DNA of 60,259 bases from Magnetococcales bacterium (GTDB lineage Bacteria > Pseudomonadota > Magnetococcia > Magnetococcales > JADFWT01). Positions 59,846 to 60,259 of the stretch are shown in pieces. Position numbers and translations under genes: made by a program. The notes below the pieces were generated by a model that was given only the letters and a program-made list of their open reading frames with translations, did no database searches and was not told the origin of the DNA. The stretch spans positions 1-60,259 of the forward strand of contig JADFWT010000004.1 of the NCBI GenBank assembly GCA_015233785.1. The letters run 5' to 3'. How positions within the stretch are numbered: position 1 is the stretch's first letter; the number at the start of each line of letters is the position of its first letter.

Positions 59846-60259
59846 ATGCCCCATCGCCTGCAAATCGCTCTCTCTCATCATCAAGCCGGACAACTGGCCG
59901 AAGCAGAGCAGCTCTATCGTAAAATTTTGGCGGAACAGCCCAACCACCCGGACGCCCTTCATCTAATGGGCGTTCTGGCCCAACAGGCCGGCGCTCTGCC
60001 CCAAGCCGAGGCCCTGATGCGCCAAGCCCTCTCCATCCACCCAAAACTGGCCCCGGCCCATCTCAATTTAGGAAACGTTCTCAGGGCCCAAAACCGCCCC
60101 CAAGAAGCTATTGCCCCTTTGAGGCGCGCAACAAAGTTGGACCCAACCATGGCCGATGCACAGTTAAGTCTCGGCAACGCCTACCGGGAAAACCAACAAC
60201 CGGAAAAGGCCCTAAACGCTCTTCGAAAAGCGATTAAAATTAATCCAGACCTCTATGAA
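59846..60259 (+). CDS. TPR protein, N-terminal part (probable further GT41 paralog; runs off the window edge)
   Basis: Not in the ORF track. MPHRLQIALSHHQAGQLAEAEQLYRKILAEQPNHPDALHLMG matches the N-termini of the three GT41 genes. Confidence 0.85.
   Translation, partial: MPHRLQIALSHHQAGQLAEAEQLYRKILAEQPNHPDALHLMGVLAQQAGALPQAEALMRQALSIHPKLAPAHLNLGNVLRAQNRPQEAIAPLRRATKLDPTMADAQLSLGNAYRENQQPEKALNALRKAIKINPDLYE

Noticed and set aside
1-60259. Magnetosome (mam/mms) genes
   Set aside because: The TPR and hemerythrin proteins here do not show MamA or other Mam features, and no mam gene cluster is visible.

Overview
This 60 kb window is gene-dense bacterial chromosome dominated by signal transduction and repeat proteins. 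The gene content (bacteriohemerythrin, expanded TPR-GT41 family, many hybrid kinases) is reminiscent of Magnetococcales; that assignment is inference only. It encodes a partial mgtE, an HU protein fused to a PilZ-like domain, an XRE/CI-like regulator, four sensor kinases (three directly coupled to orphan periplasmic binding proteins), a NIT/HAMP/GAF/PP2C phosphatase, a STAS plus anti-sigma kinase pair, two HD-GYP-type proteins and two cNMP-binding proteins. It also carries three complete TPR-GT41 (OGT/SPINDLY-like) genes, one partial likely paralog and one collapsed relic, two SEL1 proteins, a degenerate NB-ARC-TPR pair, an AAA_21 + DUF4276 pair, a truncated NACHT gene, neuC with a PLP-enzyme-like gene, and housekeeping-type NUDIX, NDUFA9-like and methyltransferase genes. 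No rRNA, tRNA, CRISPR array or intact mobile element was seen. The best leads are the HU-PilZ fusion (candidate c-di-GMP-responsive nucleoid protein), a promoter-led ~185 nt structured non-coding segment at 5.8-6.0 kb, and NLR-derived TPR proteins that have lost ATPase motifs and carry membrane/export signals. All domain calls are by-eye motif recognition without database searches.
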